DNA of 64,000 bases from Eledone cirrhosa. Lineage: Eukaryota. A program made the translations under genes and the position numbers. The number at the start of each line of letters is the position of its first letter. Position 1 is the first letter of the stretch. The notes under the pieces are model-generated. The model was not told the DNA's origin. It saw nothing but the letters and a program-made list of their open reading frames with translations, and searched no databases. Shown in pieces: positions 13,068-27,392 of this stretch. The DNA is taken from NCBI GenBank assembly GCA_964016885.1, contig OZ024746.1:2356001-2420000 (forward strand), given 5' to 3'.

Positions 13068-14755
13068 TGTTACAAATCAACACTACATCTAACAGATCTT
13101 TTGTTACAAATCAACACTACATCTAACACATCTTTTGTTACAAATCAACACTACATCTAACACATCTTTTGTTACAAATCAACACTACATCTATCACATC
13201 TTTTGTTACAAATCAACACTATATCTAACACATCTTTTGTTACAAATCAACACTATATCTAACACATCTTTTGTTACAAATCAACACTACATCTAACACA
13301 TCTTTTGTTACAAATCAACACTATATCTAACACATCTTTTGTTACAAATCAACACTATATCTAACACATCTTTTGTTACAAATCAACACTATATCTAACA
13401 CATCTTTTGTTACAAATCAACACTATATCTAACACATTTTTGTTACAAATCAACACTATATCTATCACATCTTTTGTTACAAATCAACACTATATCTATC
13501 ACATCTTTTGTTACAAATCAACACTATATCTAACACATCTTTTGCTATAAATCAACACTATATCTAATACATCTTTTGTTACAAATCAACACTATATCTA
13601 ACACATCTTTTGTTACAAATCAACACTATATCTATCACATCTTTTGTTACAAATCAACACTATATCTAACACATCTTTTGTTACAAATCAACACTATATC
13701 TAACACATCTTTTGCTATAAATCAACACTATATCTAACACATCTTTTGTTACAAATCAACACTATATCTAACACATCTTTTGTTACAAATCAACACTATA
13801 TCTAACACATCTTTTGCTATAAATCAACACTATATCTAATACATCTTTTGTTACAAATCAACACTATATCTAACACATCTTTTGCTATAAATCAACACTA
13901 TATCTAACACATCTTTTGTTACAAATCAACACTATATCTAACACATCTTTTGTTACAAATCAACACTATATCTAAAACATCTTTTGTTACAAATCAACAC
14001 TATATCTAACACATCTTTTGCTATAAATCAACACTATATCTAACACATCTTTTGTTACAAATCAACACTATATCTAATACATCTTTTGCTATAAATCAAC
14101 ACTATATCTAACACATCTTTTGTTACAAATCAACACTATATCTAACACATCTTTTGTTACAAATCAACACTATATCTAATACATCTTTTGCTATAAATCA
14201 ACACTATATCTAATACATCTTTTGTTACAAATCAACACTATATCTAACACATCTTTTGTTACAAATCAACACTATATCTAACACATCTTTTGTTACAAAT
14301 CAACACTATATCTAACACATCTTTTGCTATAAATCAACACTATATCTAACACATCTTTTGCTATAAATCAACACTACATCTAACACATCTTTTGTTACAA
14401 ATCAACACTATATCTAACACATCTTTTGCTATAAATCAACACTACATCTAACACATCTTTTGTTACAAATCAACACTACATCTAACACATCTTTTGTTAC
14501 AAATCAACACTACATCTAACACATCTTTTGTTACAAATCAACACTACATCTAACACATCTTTTGTTACAAATCAACACTACATCTAACATCTTTTGTTAC
14601 AAATCAACACTATATCTAACACATCTTTTGTTACAAATCAACACTACATCTAACACATCTTTTGTTACAAATCAACACTACATCTAACACATCTTTTGTT
14701 ACAAATCAACACTACATCTAACATCTTTTGTTACAAATCAACACTACATCTAACA
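13068..14755. repeat. 34-bp minisatellite, about 50 copies
   Basis: Unit cttttgttacaaatcaacacta(t/c)atctaacacat. Confidence 0.95.
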
Positions 14756-16146
14756 CACACAAGCAATATAAAAGATAGTTATGAGCTGTGAGGAAGAAGT
14801 GAAAATAAATATCAATGCAAACACACTTGCAAATGTAGAGAGATTTATGATGTGAACTAAATGTGATCACAATATTTGGCCTAGTCACAGAGTGTGACAA
14901 CCCTTTTGATACAGGTAGGCATGGAAAATAGATGTTTGATGATGAAGATGATTATAATAATGTGTACCCTGCCTTCCTCTTGCCCCAACCTTGATGCACC
15001 TTTCTTGTCCAACCGATGCATGCTTGGAAAGTCAGACATGTATACTGCCAAGTGAAACTGACTCTCTTCAAGGTCATCCTCATGACATATCAATTGTTAT
15101 CCCGTGGGGGGGGGGGGGGGCTACCCCCCCCCCCCAGCAAACAACATGACCTTGATGCTTGCTCCCTCATCTTACTCTTTCCAATGCACTGGGCCAAGGA
15201 CACAAGCATCCGGATGTCAATATAAGGTAGCATTGGTGACATGGTAAAACACACCCAGGTCATCCTGTAAGATAGTTGTGCTAGTGCCACAACAAATGCA
15301 CACAATTTTCCCTGCTGGTACCATTAAGAAAAGCATCTAGTTCATCCTTTAAGGTGGCAGTGCCGTTGTCGTGACAAAAACTCCCAGTCCACACTGTAAG
15401 GGGGTTGACATAAGAAGGGTGTCCAGTTGTAAAAAACATCAAGTAAAAAATGGAGTATATGAGTAGGAAGAGACCATCTGACCAGTTTGGTCTTATAACT
15501 TGACAGCCCATCCAAGCCATGTAAAATAGATGTTAAACAGTGATGATGATGATGATGATGACAGTAATGAGGATGATGACGATAATGATGATGATGACGA
15601 TAATGATGATGATGATGATGACGATAATGTTGATGACAATGTTGATGATGATGACAATAAAGTTGATGATGACAATGATGATGATGATGAATAACAAGGT
15701 TGTCAAACATTGAAATAGAACTCATAGGAAGTATATACATTAAAAATAAAAGAAAAAACTGATTAAACATAAAAACAGATGACCTATCACAAACTAATGA
15801 AGGCCTCACAAAAGAACCCACTACACATAAAAGAAAGCTACATGGTAGAGGTGGCCACACATACAATAAATGAATGTATTGCAGTCTCCATTTCATGCTG
15901 CAAAACTGGCGATGGGACTGTGACCTGTCCTGGCAGGTGTGAGATGGATCCACAAAGATTGTATATCATGAGACAGCAGAGGATCCCATGATCCTCTCAC
16001 GAATAAATGGGAGAAGACGAAGAACCAAGAATGTGGATGGTTTTGGTTATATAGCTAACTTACTCACTGTTATGATGATGTTTGAAATATATTGTTCTAA
16101 CACAAAATTATGATGGAAGGTTTCTAGATAAATATAAACATTTTAA

Positions 16147-16360
16147 CCCTTAATGTTACTCTATATTTACTATTATATTTTCACGGTAAAGTCTTTATCG
16201 TACATAATTATCTCACATAATATTGAATCTATGAGATTTTGATATTATTCATTTTGAGAATAATACCTTAACATGAGTATGAGTGGCCAGTTACAGCCAG
16301 TTTGAACAGAAAGAGGTGAGAGAATTCTGGCCGGATATGGCCGGTTTAAATGCTAAAGGG
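16147..16360. mobile_element. TTAA-flanked MITE nested in another MITE
   Basis: TTAA|CCCTTAA...TAAAGGG|TTAA; the rejoined flanks match 63185-63292. Confidence 0.65.
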
Positions 16361-16569
16361 TTAAAATGAAGTTTTGTAATGTAGTAGCAAGGATGGTCTC
16401 TGACTGTTTGGTATCAAAAGGATTAAAAATAAATTGTTTCTAACATTACAAAAGATTTAGATTGTGTAACAGTTTAAAATGTAACTAGAATGGATGGGAA
16501 TTGAAACTGGCTTTTATAAGACCAAAATTTGGAGGGGAGTGGAAGACACAATAATCAATTAAATTGCTG

Positions 16570-17290
16570 AAATATAATATTGTTATGTAATTTTATCAAT
16601 TCCTGTGGGGTTGAAAGAGAAATTCAAAATTTTTTGATTAAGAAAAAGAAAAAACATGACAAGAATGAAATATATGAAATAACATCCTTAATATATGCAG
16701 CTGTTGAAATAATAACTAATGAAGCTTGTATTGAACTCAATCATAATAGAACAAAACCACAAACAGAAACACAGGGAAAGAGAAAATATAATAAAAGAAA
16801 TTATTTGAAGAAATCTGGAAGAAAAATTACAAAGTTGCAAATAGCAGATAAAATAAAAATAGAAACATACAAATTATATTAAAAAAATATCAAAGAAGAA
16901 CAAAACTGAAAAATTGAGAAAAATTGAAGTAATAACTGATTCTGAAAGGTTTCAGGAAAGAGAGGAAGAATTTCTGAAAAAATGAAATGTTCAAAGAGAT
17001 TAAAAAAGGATTCTACAGGGAATTGAAATGGAAAGAAAATAGAAATAGACTAAATAACTACAATAATAAAAAAATTATAGAAAAGAAAAATAGATTGTAA
17101 GTTTCTGAAGAAAAAATCCTTAAGAAAGAAATATTACAAAAGGAATGAACTAATTAATAAAATTAACAGGGAAATATCTGAAGTAACAGAAAATTACAAT
17201 ATTGGGCAAACATAAGTGAAAAAGTAAGACCAGAGAAGCGTAAATAGAAAAAAACAATTGGAAGAAGAAAAGCCAAACTAATTGGTTAAG
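16570..17290 (+). mobile_element. Possible decayed pre-RT region of a similar RLE element
   Basis: A-rich coding-like stretch with ITSLIYAA and MFKEIKKGFYREL-like peptides. Confidence 0.35.
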
Positions 17291-18114
17291 CATTCTTTCT
17301 ACGGCTGGATACCTTTCCTAACACCAACCACTTTACTGAACTGAAAGAAGTAGGTGGGAGTAATTGAGATGAAGGTGAGATATGGATAGGATGATTGAGA
17401 GTAGGGAGCTCTGCTTCTTATGTTGGACAGGGTTTTTCTCCAACACCACAATTATATCATTGTCGTTTTAACGTCTGCTTTCCCTAAATACCAGAAACAA
17501 ACAAAAGAAAGTCCCGAGGGGCCAAAGAAATAATACAAATTTCTAATATTTTTTTAGCCAAGAAACCTATGTGTTGCTAAAAGTTCTTTGAATGATCAAT
17601 TATGTAATTCAGCAATACAGTTAAATAATCCAATAATATTATACTGTAAAGTGGTTGTGATGATGGCACGACAAAGTGGTCATGTAGGTGTCTTGACAAA
17701 AAGACACCCAACCCACACTAAAAAGTGGTTGTGTAGGTGTCATGGCAAAAAGTACCCAGTCCACATTGTAAATGAGGTTGGCACTAGGAAGGGCATCCAG
17801 CTGTAGAAACCAAGCTAAAATTGGTTCTGTTTGAGCATGACGTGGTCACCTGACCTGGCATTGCTCACAACAGGATAACTCGTCTAACGCATGCCAGTGT
17901 AGAAAAATGGATGTAAAATGATGATGATGATGTCATATCATATACATATTGCATAGAATTGTATTTGAACTATTGGAAATTGTTTGAAATATTTAAAATT
18001 GTGTGAAAATATTAATTATTTTGAAGGTCTCCAAATTTATACAATATATCAAATGTTATTCTAGTTTCTTTCTTCTGTAGGATTAAAGAAACTGTTTTTA
18101 TGGACTTGTTAACA

Positions 18115-18724
18115 GCCTGACCAAAATCAGCTCTGGTTCTATGAAACATATTCACTCCTTTTAAAGGGTTCTATTTGTATTAAAATCTTCCCACATAATT
18201 TTAAATAAGAATCATATGTTAAGTTACTATCTTAGTAATGAAATAATTAATAATTTTTATAAATCCCTCAGCATTCTTCATTAATTAACCAAAATTAATT
18301 AATGTATTGAGTGTATTTCATTAGCAATATGGTCATAAATGGGTTTATTAGTTTTTAGTCTCAATAATATTCTCCCTCAAATAATAAGTATGATTTTTAA
18401 AATCTTTGTATTGTATTTTTCATTTGCTGCTTAACTCTTTCATGACTGCATTTCTAATGAAATACTCTCTATTTTAATTAATTAATGAAAAATTTCAAGG
18501 GATTTACTAAAATTATTAATTATTCCATTACTAAGATAGTAACTTAGTGTAAGGTTCTTAAATAAAATTATGTTGGAAGATTTTAATCTAAATTGAAAAC
18601 CTTTAAAATGGGTGGTTTTATTTCATAGAACCAGAGTCAGTTATGGTCGGGATGGTAACTAAAGGTTTAATGTAGGTGATTTTGTTTCATAAAACCAGAG
18701 CTGGGTTGGTAACTAAAGGGTTAA
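18115..18724. mobile_element. Two MITE copies in inverted orientation
   Basis: About 18115-18345 is the reverse complement of the family; 18435-18720 is direct, with a duplicated right end. Confidence 0.65.
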
Positions 18725-18780
18725 AAAGAGTGTTTCTGAAATTCTTTTTAAATATATGGTAAAGTTTGTAAAGAACCTAC

Positions 18781-18900
18781 CAACGCATTGTTTGTTATGA
18801 AGAAGTTTAAAGCCAGTATTACAGGAACATCTGTAGCTTCCATTAGTATTGGCACAATTTTGTTGACAGCCACCATTTGATTTCAAACATTCATTAATAT
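18781..18900 (-). CDS. cbEGF exon 9 (class A)
   Basis: AG/GT, 120 bp; [40 protein letters not shown]. Confidence 0.95.
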
Positions 18901-20562
18901 CTGGAATTAAAACAAATAAACAGGAAAGTCATATTTCGCACTTTGGTAGAGTCATCTTTGTCAATATTTTAAACATTCAAACTCTTTTATTCTTTTACTT
19001 GTTTCTATCATTGAACTGTGACCATGTTAGAGCAGCACTTTCAATGGTTTTTTAGTTGATTTTATTGATCACAGTAAATATTTCAGTCTATGATGAAGAA
19101 CCTGAATGAGTGGAAGTTTACTACACTGTGGAAGACCTATCTAACCTACACAAACATCTTTTTAACACAACACTGGATTTTTAACCACCAGTGTTGTGAC
19201 AAACATAGACTCTCTCTCTCACACACACACACGCACTCTCTCTCACACATGTATGACAGACTTCTGCCCATTTCCCTGCTAGCAAATTCAACCCCCAAGG
19301 TATTGGACACCTCAAAATTATAGTACAAGGTGCTGTGTAGTGAGAATGAATGAGGAATCACAAAGTTGTGAATAAAACTTTATACCCACACAATAATACT
19401 AATTTCTCACTTTCTGTGACTTGCTTCTTGACAATTACTATATAATTTTTAATTTAGGCAAAATGTCAGCAATTAGGGGGAGATGGAAGTCGATTAAATC
19501 GTCCTCAGTACTTGACCGGTACTTTATATTACTGACCTTGAAAGACACCCAAGACATTCCACAGAGAGGGAGATTGAGAGAATGTATGTAAGCAAGATGT
19601 ACCCCCTGGTCTATTTGAGAGGTCAGTAGCTCCAATTAAGTACTGACTTATTCTGTAACGATCCAACCAATCTTTGTTAGTAGGAAGAACAAATGTTAAA
19701 TGTTAAATGATGATGATATCATTGACTTTGTCTTCACCAGTCCTTTCTTCACTCAAGCTACTGTTAACACCATAAATGCTTTGCTGCGTCTTTTAACAAA
19801 ACCCTTTCCAGCAAATATTTTGTCTCTGGAGATCAAATGATAAACTATTTCTGTTTTCCTTGTCTATCAATTCAACCAGTTAAATTGCCTTAGTTGTATG
19901 AACATAGAAGAATTGTTAAATTTAGTAATTATGTTTACAATCTGAAAACACCTTTTGCTTGTTTTTGTCTTCTTCATTTGTATAAACTGAAATTGTTTGT
20001 ATTCAACAAACAACTACAAATTTAACAGCTGTAAAATGTTTTGTTATTGTTGTGTAGCCCCAGGGTAGCTCTGATAGAACAAACCTCTGAAATTCACTGC
20101 TTATTTAGGAAGCTTACAAACATTCATCTCTTTCTCCAGTGCATCATTTAAATTTAAGTGTAATTTCGTGCAAAGTCGGCATTATGTCTCCAGTACAACA
20201 GAGTTGAATCAATTTTCGGTTTTGTCATTTGTTCATTTTCACAAATTGTATAGGGAAATTATGTGTGCTTTCGAGAAGTTAGATTATATCATCCAATAGT
20301 GAATAAAAATTGTTAAGAAAAATCACAGTTCTATCTTATGAATAATTAAAAATGTGTTGCTAAAGTAAACAAGCATCAAGTCAACTTTCTTTATTCTGAG
20401 AGTCATTGTTTTATAAATTATGCAGAGTGAATGTTCAGTTGTATGAGCACCATAGATAACCAGTCATAGTAAAGAGAAGGACAGTCTTGCATAGGATTCA
20501 CTGCATGAAAACAAAAACCTATTGAAAATAAATTTTTCAAAATGATTTTTAAAAGGACCTAC

Positions 20563-20682
20563 CTAAGCAGTCTGTTGTATTGACTAATGTATAGCCAGAG
20601 TTACATGAACATTTGTAGCCTCCATCAATGTTAAGACAGTTCTGTTGGCAGCCACCATTTTGTATGTCACATTCATCTTTAT
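20563..20682 (-). CDS. cbEGF exon 8 (class D)
   Basis: AG/GT, 120 bp; [40 protein letters not shown]. Confidence 0.95.
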
Positions 20683-23301
20683 CTGTAGAAGAGAAATAGA
20701 AAAAAAATTATAGGAAAGGGATCCAGCTGTAGAAAACTTGTCAAAGAGTAGAGAGGGCTCTTCAGTTGTGTCAAAGGATATATATGATTATCATTATCAT
20801 CATTTTCCATGCTGTTATGAGTTAGATTGGTTGTCTTGTTCTGAAGCCAGACAAATCAGGTGATAATGTCTTGTCTATGTGATCTGTTTTTGTCTTCGTT
20901 TCTATGATTGGATGCCTTTCCTAATACCTACCACTTTAGTGTTTGCATTTTATCATGGTACTAACACTTTGTGGAGGCACATGGCCTAGTGTTGAACTTA
21001 CAATCATAATGTTGTGGGTTTCATTTCTGGACTGGATTGTGTGTTGTGTTCTTGAGTAAAACATTTCATTTCACATTGCTCCAGTATACTCAACTGGAAA
21101 TGAGTACTGGCCCTAGCTGTTAGTTTAACTTTGTGATGGATTAACGTCTTGTCTATGGGTGAGTCTTTTACTACTAGTTGCTTCATGCCACAAAAGCACG
21201 ATAAACACCAACCTGATGAGTCTTCTGGTTTGAGACAGATTTTTGACTTTTTAGACTGGTACTACCATTTTACAAGGTGGACTGGGTGTTTATTTTATTA
21301 TGGCATCAGATAGTTGTGTACTAGGGGAAAGCAGTGATGGTTAAGGAGTGGAAGGTGAGGGGGAGGCAGGCTACATATCGCTTTCCTGGGGAGGTAGAGG
21401 AGGGTCATCCCACAGTAGGAAAGTGTTGGGTCATGGAGGTGGCCTTGAAGCAAGTAAGTGGAGCATGTAATGAATAGGGAAGGTTAATCTGTAATGTAAG
21501 TATAAGGGAGAGCTCATTGTGAGTGTGTGTTGGGGGTGGGTGGGGCGCACTGTCTTTTCATGCTGGCATAGGTTGAGAGAAAAAAAGGATGTGAATGGGT
21601 GAGGACTATAGTTGGGACTTTCATGACAGAAAGCACCAAGTCCACTTTGTACAGTAATAGTGCTGGTGCCACAACAAAAACACCCAATTCACCCTTTAAG
21701 GTGGTTGTGCTGGTGCCATGACAAACATGCTAGCATAGAAAATAGATCGATGTTAAATGATAATGATGATATATATATATATATATATCACCATCATTAT
21801 CATCATCAACCCTTTATGCTCATTTTTCTGTGCTTGACTGTGTCTATTTATATATCATCAACCCTATCTATCAATATACAGCAGAGAAGACTGTATTGGT
21901 ACAAACATGTGATGTGCATGGATGATGATTGCTGGGTGAAGAAATGTCAGGAAATCTGAGTGGAAAGAAACCACAGTAGAGGTAGACCAGAGATGGTGAG
22001 AACTGACTTCAATTTGCTGAAACTCACAGAGGAGATGAAGAAACTTGGTGAGTGGGGAGATGCTGTGCTAAGAAGGACTCATCCAACCCATGCAAGTATG
22101 GAAAAATGGACATAAAAACGATGATGATGATGATTACTGTTTGAATAACTATAGGACATAAGGGAAACTCCAGAGTAACAAGCTACATAATCTTAATATG
22201 CTACACACACACATATATATAGTTATTATGTAAGTAGGAATATTTTAAAACATAACCCCATACCGTGTGCGCTCTCTCGCTCTCTCTCTCATACATATAC
22301 ACACACACATACATACATACACACACACATACATACATACACATACATACATACACAGACACATACATACATACACACACACATACATACATACACAGAC
22401 ACATACATACATACACAGACACATACATACATACACATAGATTGTGCAATATAAGTTAAACAGAAAATGATTAACAAAATAACAGCTACTATCTCCTATA
22501 ATTGAACATTTCTGGTGTGATAAAGAAGAGTTTTATCATCACTTTGATGTGGAAAATATATTTTGAAAGGAAGAGATATTTTCCTGATCAGATTCTTAGA
22601 TTTAGATCAATCATTTCGACAAAATATGTTGGTACAATAATATACATTAATACATTAGATAAATAGAAATAAGGATGTTTTATATGAACAGATTAGGAAG
22701 AGGAGGGTGATGTTGATATGAATAGAATATTAAAGTTAATATGAATAGAAATGAGATAAAATATATATCGATAAGTCATAATTTATCTATAAGAAGAAAC
22801 ACGTTGAACAATATAACAACAAAGCCCTCAAAATGATGTGAATCATCAAACAGGTTTTTCAAAATATGGAAAGAAATTATGCAAATTAAGAGCCAATTTA
22901 CTATTTAATAGTTCCTCTTTCAGAAATTTAAAATTACTAATCAATCCTATCAACTTAAAAACATTTTTTTCATTACACATTAGTTGAAAGCAACTGTATT
23001 TAACACTGGATTCAGAAAGAGCAAGTGTTCAAATCAGCTGAATGAATATAGGTATAATTTCTAGTACATTGTTAGGGATGTAAAATTTACTGTGATATTG
23101 TTGCTTGAAGAAAGGTAGTTGGTTTGGTAGAGTCATTAGACCATTGGATATTTGTTCTGGGTCGATGTATTCTCAGTTCCAATCCCCTTAAGGTCCACTT
23201 TGCCTTTCATATTTCCACAGTTGATAAAGTACCAGCCAAAAGCTGTTGCAACCCTCTCTCTTTCCAATTGTCACATCCTTTTCTTCTTCTTGCTCTTGCT
23301 T

Positions 23302-24228
23302 GATGGGACTGGGGTCATCTTAGGTCAGTAATCCCAGAGTCATCATGTGTACAGCTGACCAGGTCCACCAGTGATGAGATTGGAGGTCATCTTAGGTCAG
23401 TAATCCCAGAGCCATCATGTGTACAGCTGACCAGGTCCACCAGTGATGGGACTGGGGTCATCTTAGGTCAGTGATCCCAGAGTCATCATGTGTACAGCTG
23501 ACCAGGTCCACCAGTGATGGGACTGGGGTCATCTTAGGTCAGTGATCCCAGAGTCATCATGTGTACAGCTGACCAGGTCCACCAGTGATGGGACTGGGGT
23601 CATCTTAGGTCAGTGATCCCAGAGTCATCATGTGTACAGCTGACCAGGTCCACCAGTGATGGGACTGGGGTCATCTTAGGTCAGTGATCCCAGAGTCATC
23701 ATGTGTACAGCTGACCAGGTCCACCAGTGATGGGACTGGGGTCATCTTAGGTCAGTGATCCCAGAGTCATCATGTGTACAGCTGACCAGGTCACCAGTGA
23801 TGAGATTGGAGGTCATCTTAGGTCAGTAATCCCAGAGTCATCATGTGTACAGCTGACCAGGTCCACCAGTGATGAGATTGGAGGTCATCTTAGGTCAGTA
23901 ATCCCAGAGCCATCATGTGTACAGCTGACCAGGTCCACCAGTGATGGGATTGGAGGTCATCTTAGGTCAGTAATCCCAGAGCCATCATGTGTACAGCTGA
24001 CCAGGTCCACCAGTGATGGGACTGGGGTCATCTTAGGTCAGTAATCCCAGAGCCATCATGTGTACAGCTGACCAGGTCCACCAGTGATGAGATTGGAGGT
24101 CATCTTAGGTCAGTAATCCCAGAGCCATCATGTGTACAGCTGACCAGGTCCACCAGTGATGGGACTGGGGTCATCTTAGGTCAGTAATCCCAGAGCCATC
24201 ATGTGTACAGCTGACCAGGTCCACCAGT
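23302..24228. repeat. 71/72-bp tandem repeat, about 13 copies
   Basis: Unit gatgggactggggtcatcttaggtcagtaatcccagagtcatcatgtgtacagctgaccaggtccaccagt. Confidence 0.95.
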
Positions 24229-24560
24229 GCCCTCCATCTCTGGTGGTCCCGTACCAACCCCTCTGCATCCTCCAAGGTCATGTCAAGCCTCTGGAGATCT
24301 TCTTTGATGACATCCAACCATCTGGTGTGGGGTCTGCTGTGGGGTCTTTCCAGTCTACCTGCTGGATCAAACGAGAGTAAGGCCCTGGTAGGATGATTGA
24401 GCAGGAGAGAGGACATGTCCATGTCAGTGCTTGCGGTGGATGGCTATGAGGCAGATGCATGTGGGAATGCAACTCTTTGTTGGAAACGTTGTGGTACCAT
24501 TTGATGTCCTCAATGGTCTTCAAGGCTCTGCTATCAAAGTTGGGAAATATTTTGGTACAT
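24160..24560 (-). mobile_element. Degenerate RTE-like LINE 3' end
   Basis: IEDIKWYHNVSNKEL...RPHSRPHTRWLDVIKEDL...RDHQRWRALV. Confidence 0.7.
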
Positions 24561-25202
24561 CTGAGTTCCTCAAACCTATCAAACCTGCAAAAATATTTTT
24601 TATGAAAATGATCTGACCATGAATAACTAAAATAGACTTCCAATGGAAGCAGCTAAGCAATGTAAGCTGGCTTGAAGTTTCAAACAAGATTTCATTTTAG
24701 ATTAAAGTTTCTTTATATAGAGATTCAGTCAGAGAAAATCTGCTCAAAGAGTTTTCTGATTTTGCATTAAAACTACTTATTTTATCACATTCAAATATTG
24801 ATGTGGAAAGACTGTTTATTGTCAGGAATATTTTTCATTGAAACTTGTGCAATTGTAAGAGAAAAATTTTATCTGTAAAATATAGTCTAAAGCAAAATGA
24901 CAACTGCTTCAGTTACAGATTGTCAAGTTATATCTAGCAGAAAATTGGAACACAGAAGAAAAAGTTGAAAAGTTTAAGTTTGGAAGAGAACTTTGATTTA
25001 GAACTTTTTGATTTTACTTAAATATAAAGCAAATCAATCAATTTTGTGTGTTTTAAAATCTATTTTAAATGTTTTAGCAACAATGTTTGTCACCTAATAT
25101 TAAAAAAAAAAAAAAAAATTAGTGCATTTTTTAGTTCCCTTTAACCAAATATCACCATTGACCCTAAGTTAGTGCATTTAACCTTGAAAAATTGGCAACA
25201 TT
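24560..25202 (+). mobile_element. hAT transposase C-terminal relic
   Basis: EFSDFALKLLILSHSNIDVERLF (dimerisation-domain-like) near 24747-24820; ends in TTGGCAACA. Confidence 0.5.
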
Positions 25203-25270
25203 TTAAGCACTGCTTACCTTATAAAAATTTTGTATTTATCTAATTGTTTGGAATGATATAATAAATAAAT

Positions 25271-25447
25271 AATTGTTTCTACTTTTGGCACAAGGGCAGC
25301 AGTTATCCCAGTGCATTACTGGTACTTTATTTTATCGACCCCGTAAGGATGAAAGGCAAAGTCAACCTCAGCGGGATTTGAACTCAGACCGTAAAGGGAC
25401 GTAAATATGCTAGAAAGCATGGCGTCCAACCCTCTACCGATACTGCC
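25271..25447 (-). mobile_element. SINE copy
   Basis: Reverse complement of the family; further copies at 26782-26962(+), 32080-32242(-), 48590-48768(-), 49318-49510(-), 52495-52672(-), with partials near 11790-12120, 19450, 23120, 60020 and 63870. Confidence 0.75.
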
Positions 25448-25690
25448 CCTATAATAAATTAATAATAGAATAAATTTTGTCTCAACTTAGTTAGATTTAA
25501 AAAAAAAATGATATGGCATCACTGTGTGAGGCTAGTTTTCATCAAGTTACAGTCCATTTCCTTACTCTTGTGTTCTTTAGCCATGACACACCAAAGATTC
25601 TTCTGTAACATTCTGATGAAAAGTTTTACTTTAGATATGAACATTTTAAAACAGGAAGTTTTCTATCATAGAACTTGAATTGGTTTCAAT

Positions 25691-26437
25691 TCCCACCGTC
25701 ATCACCTCCATCTCTCTCACCCTCCCCATCTCTCACATACACCAAGTCTGGATACAGAGGAGCTAAACTCCCACTGTCATCACCTCCATCTCTCTCACCC
25801 TCCCCATCTCTCACATACACCAAGTCTGGATACAGAGGAGCTAAACTCCCACTGTCATCACCTCCATCTCTCTCACCCTCCCCATCTCTCACATACACCA
25901 AGTCTGGATACAGAGGAGCTAAACTCCCACTGTCATCACCTCCATTTCTCTCACCCTCCCCATCTCTCACATACACCAAGTCTGGACACAGAGGAGCTAA
26001 ACTCCCACTGTCATCACCTCCATCTCTCTCACCCTCCCCATCTCTCACATACACCAAGTCTGGACACAGAGGAGCTAAACTCCCACTGTCATCACCTCCA
26101 TCTCTCTCACCCTCCCCATCTCTCACATACACCAAGTCTGGATACAGAGGAGCTAAACTCCCACTGTCATCACCTCCATTTCTCTCACCCTCCCCATCTC
26201 TCACATACACCAAGTCTGGACACAGAGGAGCTAAACTCCCACTGTCATCACCTCCATCTCTCTCACCCTCCCCATCTCTCACATACACCAAGTCTGGACA
26301 CAGAGGAGCTAAACTCCCACTGTCATCACCTCCATCTCTCTCACCCTCCCCATCTCTCACATACACCAAGTCTGGACACAGAGGAGCTAAACTCCCACTG
26401 TCATCACCTCCATCTCTCTCACCCTCCCCATCTCTCA
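25691..26437. repeat. 78-bp tandem repeat, about 9.5 copies
   Basis: Unit tcccactgtcatcacctccatctctctcaccctccccatctctcacatacaccaagtctgga(t/c)acagaggagctaaac. Confidence 0.95.
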
Positions 26438-26439
26438 CT

Positions 26440-26700
26440 ATTATGAGCAAATGGGGTCCCATACATTGGCTGCCACTTGGCCCTGACGGACAGAATGGAG
26501 AAGGCGGTTCCCTGGAGGATGGTAAGGGAGATGCGCTGGAAGAGCCATTCCATCTCACGAGGCTCAAACCCGTGGCTCGCCAGTTCAGTGCCTATGGTGG
26601 TAAGTAGGGAAGTAGCCCTAGGGCCAAGGACACCAGAAGTCTCCACTGCTAGACCAGTTCCAGGTAGTTTGGTATCAACAGGGTTAATGAGTGTTTTATA
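26440..26700 (-). mobile_element. CRE-like non-LTR retrotransposon remnant (restriction-like endonuclease C-terminus)
   Basis: AVETSGVLGPRATSLLTTIG...EMEWLFQRISLTILQGTAFSIL resembles the VET-x-G...QR-x-S-x-x-IQRGNA motif. Confidence 0.65.
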
Positions 26701-27220
26701 AGATCGTATGTGATGACATTACAAGAAATACCAATATTCTCAACCAAATCAAACATTATTTATCTCACAATAATGGTGGATTGGCAGTATTGGTAGAGGG
26801 TTGGACGCCATGCTTTGATGCATAGAGCTATGACCCTTTCCATTCTGATATCAAATTTCGCCGAGGTTAACTTTGCCTTTCATCCTTATAGGGTCGATAA
26901 AATGAAGTACCAGTAATGCATTGGGATAATTGCTGGCCTTGTGCCTAAAGTAGAAACAGTTATTTATCTCACCAAAAAAGTAAAAGACAGAACAGAAAAT
27001 ATTTTACAAAACAATTCTTAACTATTGGTTATATTTTGAGAGAAAGAGAGAGAGGATGATTGGAAGAAAGAGATTTATAGAGTGAGAGAGATAGAAAGAT
27101 AAATATAGAGACAGAAAGCGAGCATGAGATAGATATAGTAATTATATATATATATATATATTTATTAAAATAACAGATTAAAGTTTAAGCAAAGAATCTT
27201 TGGATTTTAGTCTTCAAATT

Positions 27221-27286
<66 letters not shown>

Positions 27287-27356
27287 CATGAGATAAAGAC
27301 CTTTTTTTCCAATTCCAACCTGCCTGCCCCCTCAGTCTATCTTATTTCTCAGTCTT

Positions 27357-27392
27357 TCTTCTGATGAAGGACTAGTGCCCGAAACGTTAAGA
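27357..27392 (+). ncRNA. Minimal hammerhead motif of a Penelope-like terminal repeat remnant
   Basis: UCUU-CUGAUGA-AGGACUAGUGCCC-GAAACGUU-AAGA, with palindromic AACGUU in place of stem III; degenerate relative at about 36135-36178 (-). Confidence 0.6.

Noticed and set aside
13068-14755. CRISPR-like array (34-bp repeats; also the 71-, 78- and 30-bp arrays)
   Set aside because: Units are contiguous with no unique spacers, there are no cas genes, and the context is eukaryotic
25675-26607. 310-aa and 293-aa repeat-protein ORFs
   Set aside because: Products of the stop-free 78-bp tandem repeat and the adjacent retroelement relic
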